Under the pieces are notes generated by a model. The model was not told the DNA's origin. It worked only from the letters and a program-made list of their open reading frames with translations, and did not search any database. Positions 37,257 through 46,696 of a stretch of 64,000 nucleotides of DNA are shown here, piece by piece. The stretch's first letter is position 1, and each line of letters begins with the position of its first letter. Source of the stretch: a virus. The stretch lies in IMG/VR virus record IMGVR_UViG_3300042934_000519, positions 8,984-72,983 of that record, one strand, 5' to 3'. Both the position numbers and the translations under genes were made by a program.

Positions 37257-37703
37257 TATGTAGGAAACACGCTCTTTAAGAAACTGTTCTCCAACCAAAC
37301 GCCACTGGCGTAACTAGGACGCTTCCATCGAGTCGCGTTCGGCTGCTCTTAATGGCAGCCCCAGAAGGACTAGGGGGCCTTAGGGTCCCCTCTTCCACTA
37401 TTTTGTTGCAGCCCCATGAACTCGTCGTGATAGTGGGGTTTTGAGGGATAGTTCCATACGACCCAGGTGAGTCCGCCTTAGACTCTACCGCACCCTGGTG
37501 CTCGTGTGGTAAACGATGAAGCGTTGATGGTTTTGCCTCCGCATCGCTGTGACTAGGTAAGTGCCCGCTCCTCACTTGCTCGGTCAGTGTACAGCCTCTA
37601 GTGTCCACCGGTCCGGCTATAACCGTCTGGTCACTAGGGGATGAACATTGCTCTACAGCACTGAATAGACAGGAGGGCAACCTCCTGTCTTTCTTTTATG
37701 CCG
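37257..37703 (+). ncRNA. Candidate structured non-coding RNA (~430 nt)
   Basis: TATG at 37257, no credible CDS, nested stems, ends in terminator 37667-37690 plus TATGCCG. Confidence 0.7.
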
Positions 37704-37715
37704 TAAGGACCCTTT

Positions 37716-38084
37716 ATGAAATGGTACACCCTCGCCATTCCTCAATGGCGTAAAGCGAAAGCATTGGGGATTGAGACGTTGGACATCACGGTCAAGTCAG
37801 GTGATAAACGCTTTGCCCCGTACGATGAAGTGCTGTGGGCCTACAAGCGCGGTGAGGTGTCTGATGAGGAGTACACCGAGATCTATCGCAGTAAGCTTAC
37901 TAAGTTGCTCCACAGCGATCCTAAGGCCATTGAGGACCTATTGACCGCAGAGGGTGAAGCAAAGGCTGTCATGTGTTACTGCACCGTAGGCAAGTTCTGT
38001 CACCGGCACATCTGGATGGAGTTCATGCAGGATGTCGCAGACGATAACGGTATCCACTTCGAGCACTGTGGGGAAATAGTATGA
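37716..38084 (+). CDS. DUF488-like protein
   Basis: DITVKSG..FAP, Y...Y, CYC..GKFCHR motifs. Confidence 0.65.
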   Translation: MKWYTLAIPQWRKAKALGIETLDITVKSGDKRFAPYDEVLWAYKRGEVSDEEYTEIYRSKLTKLLHSDPKAIEDLLTAEGEAKAVMCYCTVGKFCHRHIWMEFMQDVADDNGIHFEHCGEIV

Positions 38085-38114
38085 CGCTCCATTCCTACAC
38101 CCTTCAGGTGACGT

Positions 38115-38657
38115 ATGTCCAACGATTGCGATCAGTTTCTATTTGACCCCGAGAAGTCCGCCCTTGAGAACTTCTTTGCCCTTGTGTACCGTCGCAACAA
38201 AGTACGCCTGACGGATAAAGATGTAGCGGTGGGGGTACCTGTCTTCATCAACGATGACCCTGACGGTGATAACACCAAAGTCCGCTTGGACGGTAAACCC
38301 GGTGGACGATTCAAGAACGGCGGTGACTGGTTCTACGCCCGTGCTGACATCGAGACCTATTACCCGGTCTACGACATTGACTTAGCTGCACTGGAAGGCA
38401 TTACTACCAAAGCCCAGTTGATTGAATACATCGATGACCAGTTTGATCTGGTGGACGGTGAGTTTGACTTGGACCTTGAAGACCCGATTGGTTCTTTGAT
38501 GGCCTACACCTCGATCAACCTCAAAGCCAAACCGGCTTCTCTGATCTACATCGGTCAGAAGACCATCAACCTCTTCTGGTCTGGCGGTATCCGTCGGGTC
38601 ACTGAAGAAGGCGTGATGCGTGTAACAGACGATGGCCGTGTACGCGTACTCGACTAA
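38115..38657 (+). CDS. Virion structural protein
   Basis: SLIYIG motif and C-terminal RVTEEGVMRVTDDG; TATG upstream. Confidence 0.6.
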   Translation: MSNDCDQFLFDPEKSALENFFALVYRRNKVRLTDKDVAVGVPVFINDDPDGDNTKVRLDGKPGGRFKNGGDWFYARADIETYYPVYDIDLAALEGITTKAQLIEYIDDQFDLVDGEFDLDLEDPIGSLMAYTSINLKAKPASLIYIGQKTINLFWSGGIRRVTEEGVMRVTDDGRVRVLD

Positions 38658-38659
38658 CA

Positions 38660-38700
38660 GCATAGAGCCCCAGAGCCGTAGTGGCTCTGGGGCTCTATGC
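38660..38700. terminator. Bidirectional terminator with perfect 18-bp stem
   Basis: GCATAGAGCCCCAGAGCC-GTAGT-GGCTCTGGGGCTCTATGC between convergent genes. Confidence 0.85.
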
Positions 38701-38717
38701 GTCACGCTACTGCGTCG

Positions 38718-40616
38718 TTAGACAGCAGGTGGGGTCTCGCCTTCGATCTCGGTCGCAGCGTCGTTGAACGCAGCGGTCAGAGAGTCAACCAGGCCTTGCA
38801 GCGCGGTGTCGCCCGATTCCATGCTCAGTGCCAAGGCATCGAGTTCTGGTTTCAGGGTAGCCGGGGTCACGAACTTGGCAGCTTCGGTACCGGCAGTCAC
38901 TTCGGCTTGCGAAGCGGTGACGTCAGCGAAGGACTTGCCACCCAGCAATGCCGAGTCTGCTGCTTGTTCGGTTTTGCCCAGCTTGTCGTCAACGGCAGTG
39001 ATCAGGGCAGCCAGTGCATCGCCTTCCTGAGTCAGCTTGTCAGCCAGTTCCTTCAGGGTGTCGAGTGCAGTCGGAGCACCGTCAACCAACGCGCTGATTG
39101 CATCGTCTACCTTGGCTTTGAGGGCCAGAGCAGTGATGTACTTCGCATCGTCGGTACCAGCGATGGCTTCAGCCGAAGTGGCCTTTTCCAGACCGCCAGC
39201 TTCTGCCTGAGCGATGTAGGCATCCAGCGCATCCTGAACAGCCTGGATGGTTTGAACGTCGCCACCACGGATGGTCGCCAGGATTTGCTCGAGGGTCTGG
39301 CCTTCCAGCTTGCTGGAATCGACAGCAGTACCAGTCGCAGGCAGCGCAGCGTCAGCGGTAGCCTTGGCAGCATCAGCAGTGGCTTGAGCAGCAACGGCTT
39401 TACCGTCAGCAACCTCAGCAGCGTCACCAGCCAATTGAACAGCAGCGTCCACAGCTTCGATGGAAGTGTTGTGGCCAGACAGGATGTCTTTCAGCGCTTG
39501 TGGTTCAGCACCTTCGGTCACCACGACAGGGTTGTTACCCAGATCGCTGGTTTCAGTCAGGAAGCCAGAACCGCCACCGGTGGCTTCTTCCAGCGCGGTG
39601 ATACGAGCAGCCAGCGGATCGGTGATCGCTTTGGTGGCAACGTCGGCATCAGCGATGAACTGAGCGAGGGTCTTACCGCCGAACTTCGCAGAGTCAGCAG
39701 CAGTTTCCAGTTTGCCCAGCTTGTCAGCCAGAGACGAGACGATGGCCGCAACGGCGTCGTCTTGGTCAGCCAGCTTGTCAGCCAGCTCTTTGAGGGTGTC
39801 CAAGGCTTCTGGAGCGCCATCAACGAGGGCGTTGACCGCTTGAGCCACACCGGCTTTCACACCAGCAGCGGTGACGAACTTGGCGTCGTCAGTACCGGCT
39901 TCCACTTCTTCAGCAGTGGCCTTGGCAGGGATCAGGGCTTCAACAGCGTCCAGGTCATCCTGGATACCGGCGAAGATCTGAGCGAAGGTCTGTGCGCCAA
40001 CGCTGTAGCCAGCGAAGTCGTCAGTCTTCTTGACCACTTCGGAGAGGTCCACACCGCCAGTAGCGGCGTCGAGGATCTCAGCGAGGGTCTTGCCTTCCAG
40101 CTTGCTGGAGTCAGCGGCAACGCCGGTCTTGTCCAGTTTGTTACCGACCGAGGTCAGCAGCTGGTTGATGACGTCCGGGTTGTTCTGAAGCGCAGCAGCG
40201 ATTTCAGCGATGGTGTCCAGGGTCTCTGGAGCAGCGCCGACCTTGCTGGCCCAGAAGGCCGCCAGGTTTGCTGGAACGAGGTAGCGGTCAACGCCAGTGG
40301 CGGTAACAGCTTCAGCGTCGGTAGCCGGAGCGTAGTTCTCGACCTTGTCCAGACCCACTTGGGCCTTGGTCACCTGATGCGGGTTATCGCGACGGGCGAT
40401 GAACGCGTTCAGGATGGTTTCGAGTGCGTCGATCTCAGCGTCAGTGGCGCTGGTGATCTCTGCCTTGACCTGAGCCAAGGTTTTGCCTTCGAAGAGGCTG
40501 GAGTCAGCAGCACGCTCGGTCTTACCGAGTTTGAGGCCGAGTTGAATTTTCAGCGCAGCGTTGAAGGCCGCGATGGATTGAAGCAGTTGAGCAAGTCTTT
40601 CAGGACTCAGAGGCAT
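38718..40616 (-). CDS. Repetitive tail fibre protein
   Basis: Repeats AADSxKLxGK, APxxLDTLxELA, ATxxExxAGTDDxKxxT and NPHQVTKAQVGL. Confidence 0.85.
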   Translation of the reverse strand: MPLSPERLAQLLQSIAAFNAALKIQLGLKLGKTERAADSSLFEGKTLAQVKAEITSATDAEIDALETILNAFIARRDNPHQVTKAQVGLDKVENYAPATDAEAVTATGVDRYLVPANLAAFWASKVGAAPETLDTIAEIAAALQNNPDVINQLLTSVGNKLDKTGVAADSSKLEGKTLAEILDAATGGVDLSEVVKKTDDFAGYSVGAQTFAQIFAGIQDDLDAVEALIPAKATAEEVEAGTDDAKFVTAAGVKAGVAQAVNALVDGAPEALDTLKELADKLADQDDAVAAIVSSLADKLGKLETAADSAKFGGKTLAQFIADADVATKAITDPLAARITALEEATGGGSGFLTETSDLGNNPVVVTEGAEPQALKDILSGHNTSIEAVDAAVQLAGDAAEVADGKAVAAQATADAAKATADAALPATGTAVDSSKLEGQTLEQILATIRGGDVQTIQAVQDALDAYIAQAEAGGLEKATSAEAIAGTDDAKYITALALKAKVDDAISALVDGAPTALDTLKELADKLTQEGDALAALITAVDDKLGKTEQAADSALLGGKSFADVTASQAEVTAGTEAAKFVTPATLKPELDALALSMESGDTALQGLVDSLTAAFNDAATEIEGETPPAV

Positions 40617-41118
40617 GATCTGCACCTTGTGGATCAGGGAGGTTGGTGTTGGAGATGTTCTCGGTCATAGCATCGAATTCCAAGGCCATCTTGGTAAACG
40701 CTGTATCTAGTTCATCACTGAGGGTGTAGTCACCTGCTGGGCGACCGCCGAGATTGTTAGAGTCGTTAACAGTACCTGCTCTCGCCTCCGCAATGATTTC
40801 TTCTTTGGTGCTGCCGCCTAACTTCAGGGAGTTGACAGCAACATCATCGACGCCCAGCTTGTCCTTGAGAAGCTCTACCATCTGCTCAATAGTGTAGGAA
40901 CCCACCTGTTCCGCGGTAACCTTGTTAGGGTTATCACGGCGTTTGGCGTACATCCCCAATACAGAGTTAAGCGTGGTACGGAACGATTTACGCCCCGTAC
41001 CACCGCCGTCAAGACGAGTAGCGATCGAGATCTCGATGCTATCGTCCCCAGACAGCAGGTCCAGTTCAAGCGGATCTAGCTGAGCAATCGAGACGGTGAG
41101 GTTTTGATTGCCCATCAC
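40600..41118 (-). CDS. Tail-fibre-associated protein
   Basis: RRDNPNKVTAEQVG and NSLKLGG repeats shared with the fibre. Confidence 0.7.
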   Translation of the reverse strand: MMGNQNLTVSIAQLDPLELDLLSGDDSIEISIATRLDGGGTGRKSFRTTLNSVLGMYAKRRDNPNKVTAEQVGSYTIEQMVELLKDKLGVDDVAVNSLKLGGSTKEEIIAEARAGTVNDSNNLGGRPAGDYTLSDELDTAFTKMALEFDAMTENISNTNLPDPQGADHASES

Positions 41119-41141
41119 GTTCCCCTATATTGCTGGATGGA

Positions 41142-41678
41142 TCAGTTCACCTGCGGAGCGGCTTCGCTGTCGACTGGCGCAGGCGATTCAAGGTTTCCCA
41201 GTTCCGGGTTCACCTGTTCGGCCAGCGCTGGCTTGGCAACGGTCAGTTCGACAGCCAGTTCGCCTTTGTAACCGAAAGAGCCAGTGGCTGCCTTCAGGAT
41301 CACAGAAGCTTCGCCAGCAGCGAATTCTTCAACGACGATGTCGGTCTCGTCGAATTCCAGGCCGTAGCGGGTGTTCAGCGCAGCAACCACGTCAGCGGTC
41401 GAAGTGCCGGTCACAGCTTCAGCGTGGACTTTCACTTCAGTGATGCCAGCATCAGTGAAGATCTGTTCCAGGTCGAGGCGAGTGTACAGCGCGTCGTTGT
41501 CACCTTCGTAACGCTCAGGAGCGGTGTACGAAACGGTGGTGTCGTACGGCATGCCGTCAACACTTACAGGTGCTTCGAAAACGAGGTCTTCGTCAACGAA
41601 GGTAACGCCGTTTTTGGCAGCAGCGTTGATCGCAGCCAACAGCAGGCCACGACCGGATTTTGCAGCAAAAGTGCTCAT
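41142..41678 (-). CDS. Virion structural protein
   Basis: YTRLDL, LNTRYGL and SFGYKG motifs typical of phiKZ-like structural paralogs. Confidence 0.65.
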   Translation of the reverse strand: MSTFAAKSGRGLLLAAINAAAKNGVTFVDEDLVFEAPVSVDGMPYDTTVSYTAPERYEGDNDALYTRLDLEQIFTDAGITEVKVHAEAVTGTSTADVVAALNTRYGLEFDETDIVVEEFAAGEASVILKAATGSFGYKGELAVELTVAKPALAEQVNPELGNLESPAPVDSEAAPQVN

Positions 41679-41794
41679 GTTCGAATTCCTCGTATGAACG
41701 CAGTGACATGCAGTAAAAAATTAACTGCACATAGGATAACGGCATAAAGCAGTGGGCCGAAGCCCACTGCAATCAGTTCAGGGTAAACCGGTCC

Positions 41795-42121
41795 CTATGC
41801 TTCCTTATATTCCGGTGCTTCCATCAAACATTTGCGGCACAGGCAGACATCTGTCGACGGAACTTCCCGGCGAGTCACGTCCATGCACCAGCACAGATTG
41901 GCGGATTTACCGTCTGCCATCGCGCAGTACGCAGGACCTGTGCACTCAGGGCAATTGTGGGTGCTCGTCTGGCCACGCAGTTGCTTCATGAGCGCCATAC
42001 GGTCGTCCACAGGCTTGCTCCTCCAGTCTTTGAGTTCGGTTCGGGTACGCAGGCACCCTTTGCAGATGTTGTTGGACAGCCCACATTCACTGATGCAAGG
42101 ACTGACAATAGCTTCTTTCAT
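41795..42121 (-). CDS. DUF1289 plus cysteine-rich CWC domain protein
   Basis: SPCISEC..CKGCLRT..E..W; CPEC..C..CWC..CLCRKC. Confidence 0.8.
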   Translation of the reverse strand: MKEAIVSPCISECGLSNNICKGCLRTRTELKDWRSKPVDDRMALMKQLRGQTSTHNCPECTGPAYCAMADGKSANLCWCMDVTRREVPSTDVCLCRKCLMEAPEYKEA

Positions 42122-42174
42122 TTACAGGCTCCGGAATAAGAAGGAGGCCCGAAGGCCTCCGACTTATGGCTTAC

Positions 42175-44406
42175 TTAGAACACGATTTCGCACACACCGC
42201 CAGCGCAACCAGCCGCGCCCATGGTGTCAACTTCGGTGTAGACCTGTTGGTTCAGTTCCACGGCGAAGTCAATCGCTTTGAGGTCACGAGTGATCGCTTC
42301 CCATTTGTGCAGGTTGTGCACGTCTTTGAGGCAGTAGGTCATCTTCAACTTATCGCCACCGAAATGGTTCTCGGCGAACTTGTTGGCACGACGTACCCAG
42401 TCACGCTTCAGGAGGTCCGCAGAGTTGTCTTCGCTCAGCGGGGCAGCGTTACCCAAGGCCGTAGAGCAAGCGCGCCACAGGTCGTCGTTGAAGGCGTGGC
42501 AGCCATCGACGATCAGGCCCGAGGCGAACATGGTCGCCGAGCCGTACATTTCCAGCAGCTGCTCTGGCGTGAAGACTTCGGTGAACGGAGCCTGCACGTA
42601 GTCGCGATCGCCCGAGGTGCCCAGCAAGCTGATGCCTGCGAAGAACTGACGGTTGTCGAAGATGTACTGTTCCACTTCAGCCCAATCGTCCACCGAGATG
42701 GTGTTGGAGATGTTGTGGCTCAGCCAGTCAGTGACGCAGTGCTCTGGGTTACGACCTTCGTTGATCCAGACTTCCTGAGCCTTCTTGACGAACTCCAGCT
42801 GCTTCTTGCCGTACAGGTCGGACTTGAAGATACTGCCTTCGTTGGCCACGATCGGGAACGAGATGACGACGTCGGTACCACTTGGGTTCCAGCGCGACAG
42901 CTCGGACATTTTCGGGTTGGCTTTCTCGATCAACTGAGTGACCGCATCCTGGTTGGTCATCTGCACGTTACGGAAGTAACGCTTGGCGTGGTCGCCATGG
43001 ATACCCGAAGCGCAGCCCAACAACACCGAGGCATTGCCCGATGGCTTGCAGGTGGTGGTACGCGCTGCTGGCTTGATGCCGATCAGTGCAGCCACTTGCT
43101 TGTTGATCTTGCGGACCAGGTGCGCAGCATCACGCATGTTGTCTTCGTTGAACAGCACGTCCGGGTTGGTCATCCAACCGGTGATCGAGACGCCCAGCAG
43201 GGCTTCACGTTCGGTGATGTCCGCCGAAGCTTGGTCCAGGTAGCTGAAGTTGGTGTAGCCCGCTTGCAGGGTACCGAGAATGGCACCGGCCTTGGAGGCG
43301 TACATCAGCTTCTCACGGGTGTCACAGAACGCACCGTTGGTTTCGGTCAGGTTGCACTTCTGGAAGCCCGAACGGCCGTCTTCGGTGTAACCACGCAGGC
43401 CGATCTCAACGCACGGGTTGAACAGCGCGTCAGCGTCGTCAGCGAAGATGAAGCCCGGCTCACCGAACTCTTTGGTGCGCTTCATGATGCTGGCCCATTC
43501 ATCACGGGTCAGTTCATCGCGGATCACCAGCACGGAGTTGTTGGAACGGCCACGCTGGGCGTTCTCTTCGTACCAGGCGCCCGTCTTGGCATTCATCATC
43601 TCTTCGTCGTCTTTGCCGAAGAGGGCGATGCAAGCAGCGCGACGGATACCGCCGGACAGAACAGCGTCAGCCATGTGCATAACGAAGTCGTAAGCGACGA
43701 TCGAACGCATGTCGACAGTGCCGTCTACGTCTTTGGTTTCACGCTCGAGCAGCTTGCGGCACTGTTCCAGCGAACGCACGAGGCCATCAGGACCTGGGGC
43801 TTTGAAGCCGCCGGAGATCATGGCACCACGAGGACGGATCTGGCTCACGTCGAAGTGAACAGTCTTGCCTTCGTATTCAGGGAACTCACCGCCACCGACG
43901 AAGTAGGACGCCAGCAGCACACCGAACGCGTCAGACCAACCTTCGATCGAATCCGGGACGGTATAGCTCATCACGTCAGTACGGCTCACAGGCGCGATTG
44001 CAGGCAGCTTGGCGACGTGTTGCTTTTGTACGGAGAAGCCAACGCCGCAACCACACAGCAGCAGGTACATGGCTTCCTGGAAGAAACGTGGACGGTCGAC
44101 GTAGGACGCCGAGCAGTTGTACAGACGCGATTCGTGCTTGAAGATTTGCTCGCCACCGAATTGCAGGGCGCGTTGGCTGCCCAGTACTGCTTTCTCTTTG
44201 TACGCTTTCTCTGCGAAGGCAATGGCCTCCTCCAGCTCAGGACTCATGACATGCGCGTACTTTTGACGGTGCATGTTCATCACGCGCTCTACCGAGCCGT
44301 TCCAGTCCTCGTAACGCCCGATTGCATCATCCCAACGCGAGTAGCCCATGAAGAACTTTGAGTCGGCAAGCATGTTCTTCGCGGTGGTGACGGTTTCGTT
44401 GTTCAT
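42175..44406 (-). CDS. Ribonucleotide reductase large subunit
   Basis: YNCS, NPCVEI, CNLTE, KPSGNAS and C-terminal CAGGVC motifs; class uncertain. Confidence 0.92.
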   Translation of the reverse strand: MNNETVTTAKNMLADSKFFMGYSRWDDAIGRYEDWNGSVERVMNMHRQKYAHVMSPELEEAIAFAEKAYKEKAVLGSQRALQFGGEQIFKHESRLYNCSASYVDRPRFFQEAMYLLLCGCGVGFSVQKQHVAKLPAIAPVSRTDVMSYTVPDSIEGWSDAFGVLLASYFVGGGEFPEYEGKTVHFDVSQIRPRGAMISGGFKAPGPDGLVRSLEQCRKLLERETKDVDGTVDMRSIVAYDFVMHMADAVLSGGIRRAACIALFGKDDEEMMNAKTGAWYEENAQRGRSNNSVLVIRDELTRDEWASIMKRTKEFGEPGFIFADDADALFNPCVEIGLRGYTEDGRSGFQKCNLTETNGAFCDTREKLMYASKAGAILGTLQAGYTNFSYLDQASADITEREALLGVSITGWMTNPDVLFNEDNMRDAAHLVRKINKQVAALIGIKPAARTTTCKPSGNASVLLGCASGIHGDHAKRYFRNVQMTNQDAVTQLIEKANPKMSELSRWNPSGTDVVISFPIVANEGSIFKSDLYGKKQLEFVKKAQEVWINEGRNPEHCVTDWLSHNISNTISVDDWAEVEQYIFDNRQFFAGISLLGTSGDRDYVQAPFTEVFTPEQLLEMYGSATMFASGLIVDGCHAFNDDLWRACSTALGNAAPLSEDNSADLLKRDWVRRANKFAENHFGGDKLKMTYCLKDVHNLHKWEAITRDLKAIDFAVELNQQVYTEVDTMGAAGCAGGVCEIVF

Positions 44407-44552
44407 TCAATGACTCCAGTGTCGTGACCCCTAAGGTTGGCTTGAAAGGGGTTGATTATTTACTTCAGCACATAATTAGACCCCATCCAGTTCCTAAAAA
44501 ACCGATGGCTCAAAATCCTGCATTTATGAGTCATTCCACTATTTTTGGGTCC

Positions 44553-44567
44553 TACATTACTGCCCTG
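44553..44567 (+). promoter_or_regulatory. Putative early promoter
   Basis: TACATTACTGCCCTG. Confidence 0.6.
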
Positions 44568-44625
44568 TATGAAGCAGTAAAATATAAAGCTGCTAGACTA
44601 TTTTCTGATTAACCAAGGGGCTGTC

Positions 44626-45036
44626 ATGATGACTCTAATACCGAAGTGGATTCGTGTCATACAAGAAAACAACCGTAAACGCCGTGAGGTGTTCTACCGT
44701 TGCCAAGAGAACTACGCATTACTTGAGCCTGTAGCGCTCAAGCTAGCCGAGTGGCCTAAGCTGACACTTGACGACCTGCAAGCGTCCATCGTAGCCATGC
44801 GCGCCAGTTACCTGCTGTTGCTGGCTGACAAGATGTGCTACCTCGCCACCCTTCACTTCATGGGCGTATGGGAGAACCTCTTCTATACTCCTGAGGTCAG
44901 TCGTCAACAACGCACGTTGGACGGGCTGGAAAAAGCTTTGGACGACATGATCAAGTCGACCATCAATACCACTGCATTTCTCAAGAAGTACCGAGGGACC
45001 GGGATACTGCCCAGTGCCTTCGAAGGACAGGCGTGA
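44626..45036 (+). CDS. Hypothetical protein
   Basis: ORF after early promoter. Confidence 0.65.
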   Translation: MMTLIPKWIRVIQENNRKRREVFYRCQENYALLEPVALKLAEWPKLTLDDLQASIVAMRASYLLLLADKMCYLATLHFMGVWENLFYTPEVSRQQRTLDGLEKALDDMIKSTINTTAFLKKYRGTGILPSAFEGQA

Positions 45037-45037
45037 T

Positions 45038-45346
45038 ATGGAAACCTTTGCCGTTCACAAAGTGGACGATAACCTTGTGGTCAGTATCACCAAGCTACCC
45101 GGCTTTGGGAAGTTAGGGACCGCAACCGTGTGCTTGGGTGACAAAACCAAGCAGTACATCGAATTGTATTATGCAGGGGGGTTCTTCAAAAGAAACCCTG
45201 ACGACGCAGTTATGAAGAAGGTGACCGATCAGGTGGTCACTATCGCTCAGAACTACGTCAACCGACGCAAGATCCCTGGGCGGGTCATCAGCGTTTCCTT
45301 TACATCTGTCTTAAGGCCAGTCAAAGAACATGAGCATCAAATCTGA
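45038..45346 (+). CDS. Hypothetical protein
   Basis: Operonic ORF. Confidence 0.6.
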   Translation: METFAVHKVDDNLVVSITKLPGFGKLGTATVCLGDKTKQYIELYYAGGFFKRNPDDAVMKKVTDQVVTIAQNYVNRRKIPGRVISVSFTSVLRPVKEHEHQI

Positions 45347-46064
45347 TCGTTACATCATTCGCAAGTCCATGGTGCCGTCTCACCGTGTGTCGGTTGAGAA
45401 CCAATTCACTGGCTGGGCGTGGAGCTGCTTGGGCGAATGCCCGGAAGGTGATACCAACACCTGCTCTGAGGGCGTGGTGAAGAACTTCACCCGTGTCAAC
45501 GAAAGCGACCTCGCTGTGTTCCATCTCGAGAACCCGTGGTTCCCGATGATCGACCACTTCGAAGCCAAGCAGGTGCGCAGCAAAGTAGACGAGAAAGTCG
45601 TCTCCTACGGGACTTCCAGCTATGGCTACGACGTGCGTTGCGCTGACGAGTTCAAGGTCTTCACCAATATCCACTCGGCAATGGTTGACCCGAAGAACTT
45701 CGATCCCAACTGCTTCGTCGACGTCAAAGGTCCCAAGTGCATCATCCCGCCGAACTCCTTCGCGCTGGCCCGTACCGTCGAGTGGTTCAAGATCCCTCGC
45801 AACGTACTGACCATCTGCCTAGGCAAGAGCACCTACGCTCGCTGCGGTATCATCGTGAACGTCACTCCACTCGAGCCTGAGTGGGAAGGTCACGTGACGC
45901 TGGAGTTCAGCAACACGACCCCACTACCAGCCGTGATCTACGCCAACGAAGGCGTGGCTCAGATGCTGTTCCTTGAGTCCGATGAAGACTGCCTCACCTC
46001 CTACAAGGACCGTGACGGCAAGTACCAGGGCCAAAGCGGTGTCGTCGTTCCCCGCATGAAGTAA
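45330..46064 (+). CDS. dcd: dCTP deaminase with N-terminal insertion
   Basis: [38 protein letters not shown] motifs. Confidence 0.95.
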   Translation: MSIKSDRYIIRKSMVPSHRVSVENQFTGWAWSCLGECPEGDTNTCSEGVVKNFTRVNESDLAVFHLENPWFPMIDHFEAKQVRSKVDEKVVSYGTSSYGYDVRCADEFKVFTNIHSAMVDPKNFDPNCFVDVKGPKCIIPPNSFALARTVEWFKIPRNVLTICLGKSTYARCGIIVNVTPLEPEWEGHVTLEFSNTTPLPAVIYANEGVAQMLFLESDEDCLTSYKDRDGKYQGQSGVVVPRMK

Positions 46065-46132
46065 CACCCACCCCTATTCCGGGACACTTACGTCCCTGAA
46101 GTAACGCCACACTACGTGGCCGGAGATACACC

Positions 46133-46642
46133 ATGAAAGACAATCAACACGACAACCCAATCAACGCCATCAAGGAACAAGAGATCATTACCGGAGGTAA
46201 TGGCGGTCGTGATGGTCGGGGACCGTTACTTGTGCCCAGCAACCTCGACGCGATGCGTCGGCAGATGCAAGAAAGTCAGTCCCGTGAGCTGTTCCGTCCG
46301 TTTCTGGTGCGCTCTATCTACAGTCACTTGGTAGGTAAGGCGTTCCTGGGTCACACGACCACGTACGAGGCGATTGCCAACGAGTTTGGTCTCCCTAACA
46401 AGGGTAACCAGCTCGGAAGCACCCTGTCGCCTCTGCTGGCGGACATCTACCACTTTTGTCGGAAGAACCAGCAACCTCACTTGACTGCAATTGTTGTACG
46501 CAAGTCGGGCGAGGACAAGGACCTTCCCGGTAAAGGGTTCTGGGACCTGTACAACGCGGTTGATGATCGTCATGAGCGCCGCATCATGACCAAGGACTTG
46601 CAGAAGCAGGTCTTTGCTTATTGGGGCCAGCTGGGTCAGTAA
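46133..46642 (+). CDS. Hypothetical protein (winged-helix-like)
   Basis: TTYEAIA...LADI..C..P.LTAIVVRK..PGKGF pattern. Confidence 0.6.
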   Translation: MKDNQHDNPINAIKEQEIITGGNGGRDGRGPLLVPSNLDAMRRQMQESQSRELFRPFLVRSIYSHLVGKAFLGHTTTYEAIANEFGLPNKGNQLGSTLSPLLADIYHFCRKNQQPHLTAIVVRKSGEDKDLPGKGFWDLYNAVDDRHERRIMTKDLQKQVFAYWGQLGQ

Positions 46643-46696
46643 GTTCCAAAGGTGCATGGGGTTTCCCATGCACCTCTTTATTCGTTAGGAGTACCC

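Noticed and set aside
37276-37680. 134-aa - strand ORF over the second candidate ncRNA
   Set aside because: Starts inside the terminator hairpin, has no SD and has an unnatural composition
22807-37703. tRNA, tmRNA, RNase P or group I/II intron identity for the structured regions
   Set aside because: No T-loop with CCA end, RNase P P4 consensus or intron core motifs recognised, and no interrupted gene flanks them
38697-40670. 657-aa + strand ORF
   Set aside because: Antisense shadow of the codon-biased tail fibre gene
42166-44361. 731-aa + strand ORF
   Set aside because: Antisense shadow of the RNR gene
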